Shown piece after piece: positions 25,070 through 38,719 of a stretch of DNA of 64,000 nucleotides. Within the stretch, counting starts at the first letter, position 1. Each line of letters begins with the position of its first letter. The notes under the pieces were generated by a model, which saw nothing but the letters and a program-made list of their open reading frames with translations, was not told where the DNA came from and ran no database searches. The stretch lies in contig OZ024741.1 of assembly GCA_964016885.1 (NCBI GenBank), positions 150,908,001 to 150,972,000 of the forward strand, read 5' to 3'. The position numbers and the translations under genes are program-made. This DNA comes from Eledone cirrhosa. Lineage: Eukaryota.

Positions 25070-27667
25070 ATACTTGGGGAGGGTCATATTTGTGTAATAT
25101 TGCCAGAATTAATAACAGAACACACTCATTGTTTGGTTGGTTTTCGCTTTTCGCTTCTGTGTCTTTTATATCGGTAATCTAATTTATTCGGTCCTCAATG
25201 TTGCCATTGACTGACCAACGGTCAAAAATAATACAGATACAATATAGACACAAACACATATATATAGTTTATCAAAGTTCTTTCGTTGCACATCTGCAAC
25301 ATCGTCAGTGGTGCTATTGTTTCCTCTCGTTACATTGTATTTTCTACGCCATCTTTATTTAGTCTGTTTATATATTTATTTATTTATTTGTTTATTTTAT
25401 TTTGTCTTCTTTGCGCATGCGTTTGCGTGTGTGTATAGTGTTTTGTTTGATGTGTGTTCGTGATTGGGTGACTGTGTATTGGTTAATGTATTCTATATTT
25501 ACTAGTGTGTGTTTATATGTGTTTGTTGTTATTGTGCTTGTGTATGTATTTATTTATCTATTTATCTATTTATTTATACTTCTCTTAGGTCAGTGTTGTT
25601 TGTTTGGGTGTTGTTGTTATTCCATTCATCCTTTCTGTTTAGCCTTGGCCTTCTAAGTTCTATTTCACTGGCCTCTCTGATTTGCCTATCTGCTGGGTCA
25701 TTTCTATGTTTAGATATTATTCTAATTTCTATTTTGTCTATGTTACCGTCGTGTTGTTGTCTGGCATGTTCGTATAGTACTGGCCCGTTCTTTCGTCCTT
25801 TTAGTTCCCCCCCAGTGTTGGTCTATCCTTTCACCTATGCTACGAGTTATCTCGCATATGTATGTTGTTGTCATGTTTCTGCAAGTACCCTCTGTACATC
25901 TTATGCTATAGACTACGTTTCTAGTTTCACAGTTTATCCGGGGGTTTACCTTACATATGATACATTTCCTATTAGTACAGTGGGTTTTCTTAAAAAGGTA
26001 GGTTTTGCTGATCAGGGATTTTATAGTGTTTCCTGGCTTTTCTACCACCTTAATCTTTAAGTGGGTCTTTCTCAGGGCCTTTCTACACTGGTTAGCTAAT
26101 TGCCCTCCAGGGGTAGCGTCCACAAACATGACACTCTGGTATCTCTGGTTGTCGTACCATGAGGTGGCTTTCCCTATCTTATGTCTAGCCCTATCTAAGC
26201 TATTCCATGATTTGCTCCTGTATAATGGGCAAATTCCTTTCATGTCCAGTTCTATGAGGGTCTTATACTTCTCCATGGCTCCTTCGTGTACTCTGACTCT
26301 GTCTCTTTGGTTGTAGCCAGAGAACTGAATGCGGTTGATGAAGTGTTGGATGTGTCTTTCCATTTCTGTTGGGCCGCACATGCGGGACACATTCTTCATC
26401 ACTCGTACCAAATCTGCGATCAGAATATTAAACTTAGCACTACTGGACATTGCTGAGTTTTTGAGTATCAGGTATTTGGAGGCCATGGGTTTAGCATAGT
26501 GTGAGTTGAGAATTTGGGCTCTCTCGTCTATAGTGTTAATCCAGAGTTCCGTGTCTAATACAGGTAGTCTATTGTTAGGGTGTTTGGAAGGGTAGTCGAT
26601 AGTTACAGTTATACTCTGGTGTATGGAATTAGCTATCTGCTGGATGCTTTCCATTGTGCTACGTTCTAAATCAAACTTGTTAGTGCTATCTAGTGGGGAT
26701 GTTCTTATAACTATATTGATATCGTCTACGTAACGAGAGTATATGATGAGGTCTATGGAGCTCTCATTAAGGAGATCTTTAAGTCTCCTTTCCCACCATA
26801 CCATTAAAAGGTTGGCAACATCACCAGCTATGCTCCCTGATTTTGGGTGTAGATCTTCTCGTTGAACTTGAATATGTGGCCCTTTAGGGTAGTTTTGATA
26901 CTAGCCCCTATTGCATGTGCGACCATTTTTCTTACCTGAGAATTGTTTTGGGGGTTCCGTATAGCTTTGGTCCACCCAATCCGCCTTCCCATGGGAGTCT
27001 TTTTAGCCATTGAGGTTATGGTGGGGGGTCTACCCCTTATGGGTCTACTAAGGCAGAAACGTCTAAGGTCATGGCTGTCTAGGTAGTCAGTGTGGTAGGT
27101 AAGTCTAAGTAGAAGGCCCAGTTCGTCTAAATAAATACATACACAAGCACAATAACAACAAACACATATAAACACACACTAGTAAAGATAGAATACATTA
27201 ACCAATACACAGTCACCCAATCACGAACACACATCAAACAAAACACTATACACACACGAAAACGCATGCGCAAAGAAGACAAAATAAAATAAACAAATAA
27301 ATAAATAAATATATAAACAGACTAAATAAAGATGGCGTAGAAAATACAATGTAACAGGAGGAAACAATAGCACCACTGACGATGTTGCCGATGTGCAACG
27401 AAAGAACTTTGATAAACTATATATATATGTTTGTGTCTATATTGTATCTGTATTATTTTTGACCGTTGGTCAGTCAATGGCAACATTGAGGACCGAATAA
27501 ATTAGATTACCAATTTAAAAGACACAGAAGCGAAAAGCGAAAACCAACCAAGCAGTGAGTGTGTTCTGTTAGTAATTCTGGCAATATTACACAAATATGA
27601 CCCTCCCCAAGTATAACAATATTTGTTTCGACACACGATTTCATATCAAAAACCTCGCAAAACTAAT
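25062..27667 (-). mobile_element. Neptune-like PLE, 5'-truncated, with ~490-bp inverted pLTRs, in (TA)n
   Basis: ORF 25743-26804 has RYVDDI, LPVLDT, a CTNRKCIIC linker and NVVYSIRC..C..YICEITRSIGERIDQH (GIY-YIG). ORF 26828-27175 lies upstream. 25062-25555 is inverted relative to 27128-27622. Confidence 0.9.
27372..27413 (+). ncRNA. Minimal hammerhead motif in Neptune-like pLTR (inverted copy 25271-25312)
   Basis: CUGACGA-U-GUUGC..GCAAC-GAAA-GAAC-UU, with an imperfect stem I. Confidence 0.65.
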
Positions 27668-27675
27668 ATATATAC

Positions 27676-28286
<611 letters not shown>

Positions 28287-28290
28287 GTGC

Positions 28291-28349
<59 letters not shown>

Positions 28350-29397
28350 CAGATATTGATTGTGCGGACAGACAAGAAAAGATCGAAAACAAGAGAGAAT
28401 ACGGTCACTAGTTTAACGCTTAAGTGGGTGAATGACCATGTCTGTGTTTGTTTATATCCTATAATCTAGAAGTTCGACAAAAAGATATCGATAAAATGAG
28501 TAACAATCATGCAAATGTAAATACTAGTATCGATAAAAATAAACAAAATGCGTGAAAGACGTAAAAGAAAATGATTGATAATTTACTGCAATCGTTTAAT
28601 TAAAATAAATTTGAAAATTAACAAGAGTAATTGAGAAGAATTATCTAATTACCCAGCTTTATGATGCCTATCATCGATATCTATGTATTGACAATCGATT
28701 GAAAATCAATAGAACATCAGACGAGATAAACGTCAATGCTTTATGTCGAATAAATTTCAGTAGTATCAAGTTGTAAATCTGAGAAGTGCCTCTTAAAGAT
28801 ACTTGTATTTATAGTCATATCCATTTTATTATTGGACTTGTAGTCCTGTGCCATCAATAATGACGGTAATAGTCTTAAATATGTCTATTTTCAGGTGTCC
28901 TGTATTGGTATATTGCATGTACCACACTTGCCAGATATATGAACAATCATACAACCTGGGATATTTGCGTTTTCATAAATTTATTATTTGCACAAGAGAA
29001 ATCCTATGCATTATGTTGATTACTGACGTAGAATTGATTAAAGATAATAATGGCATTTTAATCATTTATGTATTTGAGATATTGTCACACAAATGTTAAG
29101 CATATAGGTGCAACTATCATAAAGGATTAAACGTTTAGGTAACTTTGGAAAAAATAACTATTTACCGGGAAAAATATAGGGTTAAAACCCATGACCTTGT
29201 TTGTTTCAACATAATTGAAATAGGAAATGCATTGTGTATGTGCAATTGTATATGTGCAAATTTTAAAGTGTAACTGCGGGATATATATATATACCGGGTT
29301 ATATGTATAAGTCGGAGGTAACCACAGTAAATACATAGTACCACTCAATAGTAACCCCTCAATACATAGTAGAGTATATACTTAATATTTAATATTA

Positions 29398-29503
<106 letters not shown>

Positions 29504-29649
29504 GGGTAGAACGCTGGAAGGTAATATCGGTAGTGGTAGAGCATTCAGTCCATGGGACGAGTTAGCTAAGGTGAAACAATTGCTCTCGGTATGGTGAACT
29601 AACTGTTGTGTTACCACTTCTATATATATATATATTTATATATATATAA

Positions 29650-30188
29650 TAAAACATGTATATAGAATCACCAGATAAAATATATACCTTTTCCTCTCCC
29701 GATTCTTAGCCATTTTTGAATGTATTCTTGGCGCGATCACTTTGGAAAATTAATTGTCTAACTTTGAGCTAACTCCTGAAGAGTCCGGTGCTCTAGATTT
29801 CCAATGTTATCGGATATCTTAAAATGCGGACGAAACCATGGTAGAGGTAACTAAATATCCTCACTTTCCTTCTAGTTTATTTTACACCTAATTCTGTTTA
29901 GTTGACCGTATATCTGGTCGATTTATACACGCTGTCGAAATACTCGATAAATACTCCGTCGCAACCGCCGCGAAGGGCTGTTTTCGGTTATTTGTCGGAG
30001 ATTTCTTCATAGGAGCTTTTATTCTTATAGCTTGGTCTAATCGATTTTTTATATGGTTAATTATGCTAATTGGGAGAGGAAACGGTATATATTTTATCTG
30101 GTGATTCTATAGACATGTTTTATGATATATGGCTCTGATTATTTAATTTATTAACTCTTCATTGAGCCACAAAGCGACTCGTTGCAAA
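29650..30188 (+). mobile_element. Non-coding hammerhead element with inverted 5' copy of its subterminal sequence
   Basis: 29650-29704 is inverted relative to 30068-30122. A second copy lies at 52010-52405. Confidence 0.85.
29773..29846 (+). ncRNA. Type I hammerhead ribozyme motif with extended stem II
   Basis: CUC-CUGAAGA-GUCCG..CGGAC-GAAA-CCAUGG-UA-GAG, with a 49-nt stem II region containing an internal hairpin. Confidence 0.85.
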
Positions 30189-30216
30189 ACACACACATAT
30201 ATATATATATGTAAAC

Positions 30217-30306
<90 letters not shown>

Positions 30307-30339
30307 TATATGGGTATTGACATGAGCAATGATGCATCG

Positions 30340-30990
30340 TTCAGGCATATATCACCAAAATGACGGTAATGGGCAGACGACTGGCGGGTTGGATTCTAAG
30401 GACATTCAGGGCAGGAGATCAACCAGCTTGGTCCCCCAAAGGACTTTCGTCGTCGGCTGGCTGGACTATCGCTTTCAGCTGTGGTCGCCCCACAGTGTCA
30501 AACTAACTGCAAAACTCGAAGCTACACCAAGAGGATCGCCTCAATGAAAAAGATGAGTTACTGGGAGGGGCTGAGAAAACTGAAACTTTAATTCCTGCCT
30601 AGAGCTAAGATGGGAAAGATGCGCAGTGATATACGCATGGAAAATCCTGGAAGGGTTAACACCAAATGTCGGTATTAAAGGTAGAGCCAGCCCACTAACA
30701 GGAAGTCACAGTGTAGTGAAAACAGTCCCATCAGTCGCATCAAGAATAAGGACCAGATACTGCTACAGTCTGGGGCTCAAGGGACCCCAACATTTTAAAC
30801 ATCCCGAAGAAATTCTACTAACCAAGATCCTGGATGAACCAACAGCAAGAAGCGAAGCGCAAATAAGAGCAGCAGAAAAAACTCTCTGTTGCACCAAGGA
30901 CTAACCTGGGAAAGGTGGCTGTAGATAATGTAGCATCAATGACGGTGCTTCAGCATGACCCCAGCCTGTCAGCCGTAACGTAATAGAGTA
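30340..30990 (+). mobile_element. CR1/L2-group LINE 3' remnant
   Basis: Across frames it reads GWILRTF, LDYRFQLWSP, MSYWEGLRKLKL and IYAWKILEGLTPN. Confidence 0.75.
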
Positions 30991-31329
30991 ATATGTCTTT
31001 AATCGTCTGGTTTCAGTCATTGATGTGCGGTCATTCTTATTTCTGTTTGGTATTGTAATTCCATGGAACTCGATTATTTAGTTTCGCTAGGTGCTGGACA
31101 AAAATGGAGAAAACAAGGGCAACACAAATTAGTAGACATAAACATAGACACGGATGCAAAGAGACAGAAACTTACACAAACACAGGCTGGGTGTGTTATG
31201 CATATATATATATATATATATATAAATATACACGGGTGTATGATTGTGTATAGATTATATTAATAAAAGGAATTCCAACTTTGTCTGATTTACTTGTTTT
31301 ATTTACAACCCTTTAAAATTATAATGATA

Positions 31330-31611
31330 CTAGCAGAATGGCCCGGCATTGCTAGGGATTTGCTCTAGGGTTCTTATATATTTGATATATATTTATCCTT
31401 ATCGAGCTTCGGGAAATAAATATATTTTGTTATTGTCTATGCAAAAATATCTGTACACGAATATATATTTATATATATATATATATTAAAATAACAGATT
31501 AAAGTTTAAGCAAAGAATCGCTGCTTTCACCCTTAACCGGATCTTCTGAAACTAAAAAAAAATCAATCTGTGAACGCAGAAGTAAATATTTCGAAAAACG
31601 TTACACACACA

Positions 31612-31684
<73 letters not shown>

Positions 31685-31938
31685 CACACTATATATATAC
31701 ATATACACACACACATAGATAGTGTCATAATGTCGTAAATCAGACAGCCAGACATACAGACAGATATTATAAGGGCGCGACGTCATAGCTATGTATCTAT
31801 CTAAATTATTTTTGCTCAAAACACTTCCGGGCCCATACGGGTTACATGTGTAAAGTTTGAAAAAAAAACGGTTGGGTACTTCTCGAGTTTTAGGGAAACA
31901 GACACACAGACAGACATCCTCTGTTTTATATATATAGA
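31330..31938 (-). mobile_element. Non-autonomous Helitron
   Basis: The minus strand starts TCTATATATATAAAAC and ends CCCTAGCAATGCCGGG..CTGCTAG. Inserted between A and T with no TSD. Confidence 0.8.
31504..31552 (-). ncRNA. Hammerhead-fold motif with variant core CAGAAGA
   Basis: GUUU-CAGAAGA-UCCGGUUAAGGGU-GAAA-GCA..UGC-UU-AAAC. A second copy lies at 47114-47163. Confidence 0.65.
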
Positions 31939-32195
31939 TTATAATGAAATAGTATGGTAGAATATTAAATGTTAAATGCTAATTGAACAAGTACTTTCAT
32001 GCTTTCGCAATCTTCAGGCAATTTTCTTGCCAACATGACTGTCACCACTGAATATGAACCTGAAGATTGCGAAAGCATGAAAGTACTTTTAATATTCTAC
32101 CATACTATTTCATTATAATATCATTATAATTTTAAAGAATTGTAAATAAAACAAGTAAATCAAAGTTGGAATTCCTTTTATTAATATATATATAT

Positions 32196-32415
32196 AATTC
32201 AAGTAATAAGAGTAACATGGTTGGCTGTACAATAAGGGCTTTATTCACAGTGCTGACAATTGTTTCTTTGATCTGGTAGGTCTATTGCTCGCTAATCGCT
32301 TGATGTTGCGTCAATCGATCTCCAATACTTTGTTTATAACCAGTCAATTCATCAGAGCAAGCGGATGACTGGACTACCTCTAAGTGGATTGCATATAACG
32401 ATAACTTGTTATCCC

Positions 32416-32416
<1 letters not shown>
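32196..32416. mobile_element. Non-autonomous pLTR-only derivative of the 14094 family with long-stem-II hammerhead (32251-32359, minus)
   Basis: UGCU-CUGAUGA-[82 nt]-GAAA-CAAUUG-UC-AGCA. The terminal part ends GTTATCCCG(TA)n. Confidence 0.85.
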
Positions 32417-32454
<38 letters not shown>

Positions 32455-32458
<4 letters not shown>

Positions 32459-32642
32459 AAAGCTTCTACAGGACTAGAACTGTTTCATTCGTGAGAAATC
32501 ATCAGGAAGCTTCTTGATGATTTCTCACGAATGAAACAGTTCTAGTCCTGTAGAAGGTTTTCTATATTAAAACATTTACACTCTGCTATTTATTGAGTAC
32601 CTTACTTACTGTGGTTACCCCCGATTGAACCCGGAATAACTT
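32455..32642. mobile_element. Fold-back element consisting of two back-to-back hammerheads plus tail
   Basis: Palindrome centred on GAAGCTTC. GCUUC-CUGAUGA-UUUCUCACGAAU-GAAA-CAG..CUG-UA-GAAGC at 32462-32510 (-), with a mirror copy at 32510-32556 (+). Confidence 0.85.
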
Positions 32643-32651
32643 ATATATATA

Positions 32652-32690
32652 TAGGGATTAACGCGAGTTTTTAACTCCGTTTTTTTATTT

Positions 32691-32735
<45 letters not shown>

Positions 32736-32980
32736 AATTAGTATATCTACCAACATTTATATACAGATGCATACCTATGCTAGCAAATATATATATATAT
32801 ATATAGAGATTTTGAGTTTATGTTGGTTATATTATACACCGAAACAACATATGTACTTGTCTATACCATACTAATTCAAACTGCCTGAAGAGGTCACAGC
32901 CAAAGATGGCTGTCACTGAAATATATATATCGCAGTAATAAACGAAGCTAAATTTTAATCATTTGACTTTTATGTAACTT

Positions 32981-33030
<50 letters not shown>

Positions 33031-33069
33031 AAAAAAAACGGAGTTAAAAACTCGAGTTAATCCCCTATA
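32652..33069. repeat. ~42-bp inverted repeat pair enclosing (TA)n and a nested hammerhead element
   Basis: GGGATTAAC.CGAGTTTTTAACTCCGTTTTTTT.ATTTTAT versus its reverse complement at 33023-33066. Confidence 0.75.
32880..32936 (+). ncRNA. Type I hammerhead ribozyme motif
   Basis: ACUGC-CUGAAGA-GGU.ACAGCCA.UGGCUGU.ACU-GAAA-UAUAUAUA-UC-GCAGU. The copy at 62881 shows a compensatory AUAGCCA/UGGCUAU. Confidence 0.88.
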
Positions 33070-33087
33070 ATTTAATGAGCTCAAGGG

Positions 33088-33298
33088 TTAGATACCAGGC
33101 TCTTTATAATACAGTATATAGAGAAGAAAACACATAGGTATGTGTTCAATTATAGGGGGATAGAGAACCACCAGGGAATAGATACTGGGTTCTTTATAAT
33201 ACAGTCCTTTCGTAGGCTTTATTTGTTTCACTCTCATGGTTCTCTTATAATTAAACACACACCTATTTGTGTTTTCTTCTCCATATACTGTATTATAT
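33088..33298. repeat. Fold-back element with ~50-bp inverted arms and an internal direct repeat
   Basis: TATAATACAGTATAT.GAGAAGAAAACACA.. versus its reverse complement at 33246-33297. TAGATAC..CTTTATAATACAGT occurs twice. Confidence 0.6.
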
Positions 33299-33305
33299 AT
33301 ATATA

Positions 33306-33357
<52 letters not shown>

Positions 33358-33394
33358 CACATATATATATATATGTCTTCAAATTTATTATTAT

Positions 33395-33458
<64 letters not shown>

Positions 33459-33485
33459 GCATATATGTATAAATGTGTATATGCA

Positions 33486-33523
<38 letters not shown>

Positions 33524-33702
33524 CTGTAGTAATAAGAATATTTATATTTATATATGTTTAATACAATTATAAATATGGAGGGTAGTACTAAGTACTAGCC
33601 TGTTACTGGTATGGCAAAAGGCTCAACGCAAATTTTCAAGTGTTTTACAGAGCCGAGATACATAGTGTTAAAACGATCAAATTTTAATTTAGAACATTTA
33701 TT

Positions 33703-33749
33703 TGCTGACAATTGTTTCTTCCAGAGCGAAGTCTGGTATCATCGGAGCA
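33703..33749 (-). ncRNA. Hammerhead motif with CCGAUGA core, probably in a PLE pLTR remnant (~33575-34350)
   Basis: UGCU-CCGAUGA-UA-CCAGA-CUUCGC-UCUGG-AA-GAAA-CAAUUG-UC-AGCA. Confidence 0.7.
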
Positions 33750-34589
33750 TAGGGAATGTCGAAACGTGTGACTAAAATCCTAGTCATTCAGAACATTTAG
33801 GGTACATAATTATTGTCAGTGTCATAGACATCATGTGTAGAGTCAGGAGTTAACAAGTTGTTATGCTTGAGAGAACATAATTACAGACAGCACTGGTTGA
33901 AAGTGTAAGAGGTATAAACAAAAAGTACAGGCAAAAAAGTTATAAGCAAGGAAAAGTGTGGGATAGGATAGACATAAGATATAAGATATAAGATATAAGA
34001 TATCTTAACATTGGAGAATAGTTAATGTTATGGGTGTACAATGCAGGAGTCAATACAGTCAATAAGGCATGTTTGAGGAAAGAGTTATAATGCAGTTGAA
34101 ATAAACATATTTTGTGTGGGGTGTTAAAGCATGTTATAATTGTTAGAAATATTTAAGATAGCGTGCAATTTGTTAGAGAGGCATGTGGTGATAATGTAGG
34201 TATATGTTGTGTGAGGAGTAATGCAGAGCACGTGATAGAGTTGGATAGGTAATTTTCATTCAAGTGTTTTTGTGTTTTCACTCAAGTGTTATTGCTCTTC
34301 CAGATAACTGAGATAATTATGATATGATCACAGTTTAAGCATTGCAAACTTTCATCGCACAATATGTATATTTACGTACATATAAATGTGCTGATACTCA
34401 TTGCATGGTTCTGATAACGGGATTTGAACACTGATTTGATTTCACCAGGATTGTTTCAATAATTAAGAAGTTTTCTTGGTAGTTAAGTGTCCTGATTTCT
34501 ATGTCACAGCGTAGCATTTCGGACAAATGTCTTTACAATAGCCTCATACCGACCAAAGCCCTGTGATATGTTAATCATTTAACTATTTA

Positions 34590-35050
34590 TAGCTGGATGG
34601 TTAAGAAGTTAGTTACGCAATTATGAGGTCTCAGGTTCGATCCTACCACGTAGTATCTTGGGCATGTGATTCTACAATAGCGTCATATCGTCTCAAGTCT
34701 TGTAAATAAAAATAACTAGACGGAATCTGTATTAGCTTGTCGGATAGATTGTACCTGTAATTCAAAGTCTTGTTATTTTCTTATACTGTGTTACACTGAT
34801 TCAGTTTGAAGATTATCGTATCTCCCCGCGCCGAAGACGCTTTGTCCTCAAGGACGTACCCTAATTTTGACAACCAAAAGTTTGAAAAAAAAAATAATAA
34901 ACAACCTTCGGCTTACAGGACGCATAGTAGATTTTAAAGACTTATTTTAGGAAAAAAGTAGCGTCTTCGACGCCGGGAAATACGGCACGTTAACTTTAAG
35001 AGTGCATTTTTCTGTGGAATATTTAGACACTTGGACGTTAGTTTATTGAA
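34590..35050 (+). mobile_element. Older tRNA-derived SINE (family S2) split by a MITE
   Basis: GCTGGATGGTTAAG A-box-like and GGTTCGATCC B-box. Related remnants lie near 34478, 40150-40420, 43880-44020 and 55420-55810. Confidence 0.55.
34816..34985. mobile_element. pogo/Tigger-like MITE
   Basis: ~25-bp TIRs (C/T)CGTAT.TCCC.GCG.CGAAGACGCT. TA on the left, CA on the right. Confidence 0.7.
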
Positions 35051-36976
35051 CTGCAAAAGTAAAAAAAAATATTGTATTTTGTCTACGTCTTTTTGAATGT
35101 CCTTAGCATTAAGATTGAAGTCACATCATTCTAAAAACCATTAAAGATATCGCTTAATGTTGTTCTATAGCATTCTTTACCAAAACCTGTCAAGTGGGTA
35201 TTTTATGTAGGGTTCCAGAGAAAAGGATCAGTACGATGTTGTGTCTTTCAACAGTTACCGAATGTTATTTATCCCATATGAAAAATGAGATATGTTTAAA
35301 CCGGATATTTAAATCACTCGAAACTCAGCAAATGTCCATCATCTAGATTTATAACTGGACATTTATATTTTATCAGTTTTTTAATTAATCTCTTTTAAAA
35401 ATTCTACAACATTAAAATCAATAAGTGAAAGACACAAAAGTGTTATTTTTGACATGTCTGGTATTTTAATATTTAAATTAAGATTTATAAATAAATATTA
35501 ACACAAATAAGAAAATAATGACAATAATTTTCTAACGAAAACACACTTTCGTTAAACTATTGATACCGTGAACAATGAACGATGGTTCGACTGATGAAGC
35601 CTACTGGCAGAATACAGCCTTGGTAGGTAGAAAAGTGGCAGAATCATGAGTGCATCGGACAGTACTTTCTTTAAATTATTGTCAGGATAGAACCTAAGTA
35701 GGCAGCAAATAAGCCAACTAATTAGTGCGTAAGGTAACGTTCCTTGTGGTATTTCTTCCTATGCTCTAAGTTGAAATTAAAACTTTGATTTTTCACCATA
35801 ACCACAAACAAAAGGTGTATGTCTTGCACCGTTTGTTTTTAAGTAATTTTAGAGAATTATCCCAACCGGCATTGGGAATGTTAATTGTCTTCAAATAAGT
35901 TGTAGGTTTTCAAGGGCGCTATGGGAAGGTGCTATAATTTCAACAGGTTAATAAGGCTATTTTTGAGAGAGATGAGAGAGATGGGAGAGAGAGAGAGAGA
36001 GAGAGAAGAAGAGGGAGAGAGATATCTGTTGCCAGTATTGGCAGCAGGTACAAAGAGGGGAGAGAAAAAGAGAACGAAAAAAAGCAAGGTATTCAATGAA
36101 GGTGATCCATAGGGGCCTTATTTGGTTTATTAGCAGATGTTATGAAATATGTAAAAATGAGAAAGGAAAGGAAAGTACAACGAAGAAAATGTGAGTCATA
36201 ATGGCCAAGTCTATCGGTTAAGGTTTGACCTGCAGAAATCTGTTGATGTTTGGTCGGCTGTTTGAAGGACTAGAAATATATCAAATTTTATAGTTTATAT
36301 TTATTTATATTTTTATAGTATATATTCATATATTTATATCGAAATAACGGAATTTCCCACTTTGCATTTGAAGATCTAGTTAGGTCACAAGAGAATAACC
36401 ATTTCGTCAGTGTCTAGACTTTTTACAAAATCATTCAAATGTACACTACATTTTTTTTTTTTTTGAATTTCGGCTATCAAATGGCTATATTTTTTATTTC
36501 GTAAAATATTTACTACTGAATCAAATTTTAAGCTTGAATTTAAATTTCGTGAAATCTAAATGTTTAGATTATAAAATCAACAGCAGCTTCTTATTCTATA
36601 AAAAAAATTGAAGTTAAGATTTAATATTCAACCAATGCAACCTTAGGATCGTTTTGCGTTTATTAAGACAACTAAAGTGAGGCGTTTTTGTTGGAACATG
36701 TCTGGCTAATTTCTGGAGGTGGCTTGTAACAAAAAAGGTCGTGAGAAAAAAAAAAAAGAAAAACGCTGATTTACGCTGTCTAATGAGAATGATCATGAAG
36801 AATTTCAAGGGTTTGCTCCGTTTTCAAATGTTTAACTTTGGAGTCAGTTTGAGGTTTGGAACTGAAAAATATACGTTGAAAACAAAATTATAAGTTATCG
36901 TTGTAAGTGACCAAAACAGAAAGTGTCGTGAATACTCAAATAAATACTTTAAACATGGCGTTATTCTCTCTGTAAA

Positions 36977-37163
36977 TAATTGTTTCTACTTTTGGCACAA
37001 GGCCAGAACTTGTCACAGTGCATTACTGGCACTTTATTTTATCGACCCCCCATAAGGATGAAAGGCAAAGTTAACCCTGGCGGAATTTGAACTCAGAATG
37101 AAGAGGACCATAACTTTATGCTGCAAAGCATGTTGTCTGACGGTCTACTGATACTGCAAATCC
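36977..37163 (-). mobile_element. SINE S1
   Basis: Homology to 22898-23084. Confidence 0.85.
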
Positions 37164-37443
37164 ATGAAGAATTACAAATTAAATGTGAGAAAACTTCAGC
37201 AAATGAAAGAATGAAACTATTAAGAATAAGTGAACATTTAAAGATAAAACCCCCGGAAAAAGAAAGATATAAACTTCTTCCCTGATTTAAAATTAAAATT
37301 TCAAAACGATCTTTACGCAAAGGACAGTTAAAAACTCCAGAGGTGATCTGCATTGATCTAGAAAGCTAGAAAACTAATCTATTTTGTTGATATTTTCAAT
37401 AAGGTAAACATGAAACTATACAGTTTCTCGTCAGATGTGCCTT

Positions 37444-37519
<76 letters not shown>

Positions 37520-37522
<3 letters not shown>

Positions 37523-37733
37523 AAAAAGAAATCGAACATGCAACTAGAGTCTTTTGAAGAATATTTATTTGTTTCCTTTACCGGTTTCACAGATCTTATG
37601 CTTTTAAAAAACATAAGAACTGTGAAACCGGTAAAGGAAACAAATAATATTTTTGAAAAGACTCCATTTGCATTTTCAATTTCTATTCCTTATATTTTCC
37701 CTCCTGTGGGACATCTCTTATTTAAAAAATCCC

Positions 37734-37735
<2 letters not shown>
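37520..37735. mobile_element. Fold-back element carrying a hammerhead 3' half in each arm
   Basis: ~115-bp palindrome at 37547-37664 with GAAA-CCGG-UA-AAGG. (TA)n flanks. Confidence 0.65.
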
Positions 37736-37765
<30 letters not shown>

Positions 37766-37767
37766 CT

Positions 37768-37823
37768 ATAGAAATAGCTTCTACAGGACTACAACTGTTT
37801 CATTCGAATGAAATCATCAGGAA
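37768..37823 (-). ncRNA. Isolated hammerhead of the 32455 family between TA tracts
   Basis: UUC-CUGAUGA-UUUCAUUCGAAU-GAAA-CAG..CUG-UA-GAA. Confidence 0.75.
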
Positions 37824-38018
37824 TATATATATCATGCTTACGCACGTGCATAAGTATAGCTCTTTTTACAAAACAGTTTCTTTTCATCCACTTTTCTAAA
37901 AAATAAACGCCAACATCAACAGAGATGTCAACACGAATGGACCTTTTATTTTTATCTAAATACATTTTTTCCAGTTCCAGCCCGCTCGTCCCCTCAATCT
38001 ATCTTATTTGTCATTCTT

Positions 38019-38054
38019 TCTTCTGATGAAGGACTAGCGTCCGAAACGTTAATA
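38019..38054 (+). ncRNA. Minimal hammerhead motif (family also at 63592-63627 minus, 63761-63796 plus, decayed at ~53432)
   Basis: UCUU-CUGAUGA-A-GGAC-UAGC-GUCC-GAAA-CG-UU-AA(G/U)A. Confidence 0.8.
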
Positions 38055-38138
38055 CCCTCTTCCTGGTATATCAAGCGTTAACCTAATATATCCCTTCGAT
38101 ATACTGTACCGATTGTGTTGTTATTTCTGTTTAACTTT

Positions 38139-38660
<522 letters not shown>

Positions 38661-38719
38661 TTACTAGTTGTGAAGTTGCTATTCCACTGATGTTTTCCGT
38701 TTAATTTTGGTTGGAGACG

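Larger units (their letters stand above)
31257..32186. mobile_element. Fold-back hammerhead element interrupted by a Helitron-like insert
   Basis: 31257-31329 plus 31939-31968 is inverted relative to 32088-32186. Hammerhead cores CUGAAGA-UUGCGAAAGCAU-GAAA-GUAC-UU lie at 31984-32017 (-) and 32055-32088 (+). Confidence 0.8.

Noticed and set aside
35588-35620. CTGATGA-AGCC..GGCA-GAAT; similar decayed motifs near 11734, 37420 and 63436-63470
   Set aside because: The GAAA or core is mutated or absent and the stems are incomplete. They may be decayed hammerheads but cannot be supported individually.
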